The translations under genes and the position numbers were made by a program. Shown here one piece after another: positions 62,696-64,000 of a DNA stretch of 64,000 nucleotides; within the stretch, counting starts at the first letter, position 1, and every line of letters starts with the position of its first letter. Source of the DNA: Edaphobacter sp. (GTDB taxonomy: Bacteria > Acidobacteriota > Terriglobia > Terriglobales > Acidobacteriaceae); contig OZ255826.1 of NCBI GenBank assembly GCA_965277545.1, positions 1,628,817-1,692,816 on the forward strand, in the 5' to 3' direction. The notes under the pieces were generated by a model. That model ran no database searches. It worked only from the letters and a program-made list of their open reading frames with translations, and was not told where the DNA came from.

Positions 62696-63832
62696 GTGCC
62701 TAACGTGGAAGTTGCTCTGGCGCTTCGCGCCTCCAAAATCATCATGCGTTCGAAGGCTTCCATCGCCGCGCTGACCGTGCTTGCGTTCCTGCTGTTCTCG
62801 TCCCGCGGCCTGCTCGCAGTGCCGACGCACCATCTCGTCCGGCGGCCGTCTGCGCGAAGAGCCGCGGTGCATGAGGCTGTCTCCTATCGTCATTCCGTGC
62901 GGCATCATGGGGCGGCGCGACGAAGCATCGAGGTGCGTGGTTCGAAGCGCCATCCACGAAGAGCAGCGCGCGAGGGGAAGGCGCGTCTGGAGACGGTCTC
63001 GCGTCATCCTCACGTGTCCGATCCTCTGGCAATTCACGGAACGTCGCGCCCAGATGAGCCGCGGGAGGTGAGCCTGAAGAGCCGCCGGGGTGAGGCTGTC
63101 TCGCGGCCGGTCGCGGTCGTCAGCGTCATCCGCCCAGCCGCGCGAACGCCGCACCTGAACAGCATCGAGGAGGAAGCGTCTACACCCGTCATTCTGCCGG
63201 CGCTGTATAACAAGCGCGGCCGCCTCATCGTACCGCGGCCCTTGAAGGGCTCGCACGAGATCCTCATTCACCAGAACGAAGTAGCCGACCGCGACGGGCT
63301 CGAGCGCATTCAGAACGACGATGACCTGGACGGCATGCGCGGCCGCGGACTGCTGGTCGCTCTGCCGCTCAACACCGGCCTGGGCGTCGATGAGCGTCTT
63401 CCCGTCAATCGCCGCTACTGCCGCCCGTGGACGGCGCAGTTCCTCGCGAATCTTTCGCGCGCCCACTACGCCCGTTTTCATACGCCGCTGCAGGTCAACT
63501 CGGCCGTGCGAACGGTGGAGTTTCAGGCACACCTGATGCACATCAACGGTAACGCCGCGCCGGCCGACGGCGACACCGCCTCTCCGCACCTCACCGGCCA
63601 GGCCGTCGATCTGGCCAAGCACGGGCTGTCGCTCTCCGAGATCGCCTGGATGCGCGGCTACCTGCTGCCGCTGGTGCAGGAGGGCAAGATCGACGTGGAG
63701 GAGGAATTCAAGCAGTCCTGCTTCCACATCAGCGTGTATAGGCGATATCTGCCGTCGGCCGATGCTCCGGAGCGCGACCTGGCGTCTTCACACCGGGAGA
63801 GCGTTGCGGCTCTAGCGGCGGCCGTGCGATAG
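62696..63832 (+). CDS. exported LAS-superfamily (VanY/M15-like) zinc peptidase domain protein
   Basis: Signal-like N-terminus, Arg/His-rich region, C-terminal ..VNSAVRT.E.Q..L......A......SPHLTGQAVDL.. and ..CFHISV (H-x6-D ... H pattern). Confidence 0.5.
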   Translation: MPNVEVALALRASKIIMRSKASIAALTVLAFLLFSSRGLLAVPTHHLVRRPSARRAAVHEAVSYRHSVRHHGAARRSIEVRGSKRHPRRAAREGKARLETVSRHPHVSDPLAIHGTSRPDEPREVSLKSRRGEAVSRPVAVVSVIRPAARTPHLNSIEEEASTPVILPALYNKRGRLIVPRPLKGSHEILIHQNEVADRDGLERIQNDDDLDGMRGRGLLVALPLNTGLGVDERLPVNRRYCRPWTAQFLANLSRAHYARFHTPLQVNSAVRTVEFQAHLMHINGNAAPADGDTASPHLTGQAVDLAKHGLSLSEIAWMRGYLLPLVQEGKIDVEEEFKQSCFHISVYRRYLPSADAPERDLASSHRESVAALAAAVR

Positions 63833-63839
63833 CGCAAGC

Positions 63840-64000
63840 TCAAACCACTTCGCGGGTTCCACTACGCCAGCTCCGGTACGCGGCATCGAGCACGCGCATG
63901 TTGTGCACGCCGTCCTCGCCCGTAGCCGCAAACGTTTCCTGTCCGCGTGAGGCCAACGCGAAGCTGTCGAGCATCCGCGCATAGCCGTCTCCGTTGTCGA
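63840..64000 (-). CDS. 3' end of a Gfo/Idh/MocA-like oxidoreductase (5' part outside window)
   Basis: Minus-strand frame ending at TGA (63842-63840) reads DNGDGYARMLDSFALASRGQETFAATGEDGVHNMRVLDAAYRSWRSGTREVV, a typical C-terminus of the family. Too short for the ORF track. Confidence 0.45.
   Translation of the reverse strand, partial: DNGDGYARMLDSFALASRGQETFAATGEDGVHNMRVLDAAYRSWRSGTREVV

Overview
High-GC (by eye about 60%) chromosomal segment. Its gene content and interspersed intergenic repeats look like Acidobacteriota of the Terriglobia/Acidobacteriaceae type; this placement is inference, since no search was possible. Most of the window is ordinary core genome:
- rplY-pth-rpsF-rpsR-rplI translation cluster, RNase R, tyrS, acpP-fabF, rmuC, ggt
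- a MacB-type ABC permease, a TonB-dependent receptor, a NiCoT transporter
- a blaI/blaR1-like pair and a czcCBA-type RND efflux operon
- a molybdopterin oxidoreductase, plus many exported or membrane hypotheticals

Two visibly AT-richer islands interrupt this backbone.
1. About 24.6-27.7 kb: an IS1595-type transposase and four small cargo ORFs lie between 21-bp inverted repeats (24871-24891 / 27505-27525). The same unit carries an odd 90-nt tRNA-like gene at 26921-27010. It folds with a 9-bp acceptor stem, a 3-bp T stem, a long variable arm, G73 and a UAU anticodon. That matches the 'allo-tRNA' architecture: serine-type identity features combined with an isoleucine AUA anticodon. This is the most interesting object in the window.
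2. 47.5-49.8 kb: a Dcm-type C5 methyltransferase, a putative restriction endonuclease and Vsr.

Other notable points:
- tRNA-Pro(GGG) followed by two tandem 64-bp-spaced copies of its own 3' part
- at least five families of interspersed non-coding repeats, placed almost exclusively at gene ends; one has a covarying hairpin
- a secreted protein with tandem DM9/DUF3421-like modules
- a decayed DUF4440 pseudogene

Many long ORFs in the six-frame track are antisense shadow ORFs of real genes, or read-through of repeats, and were not called.
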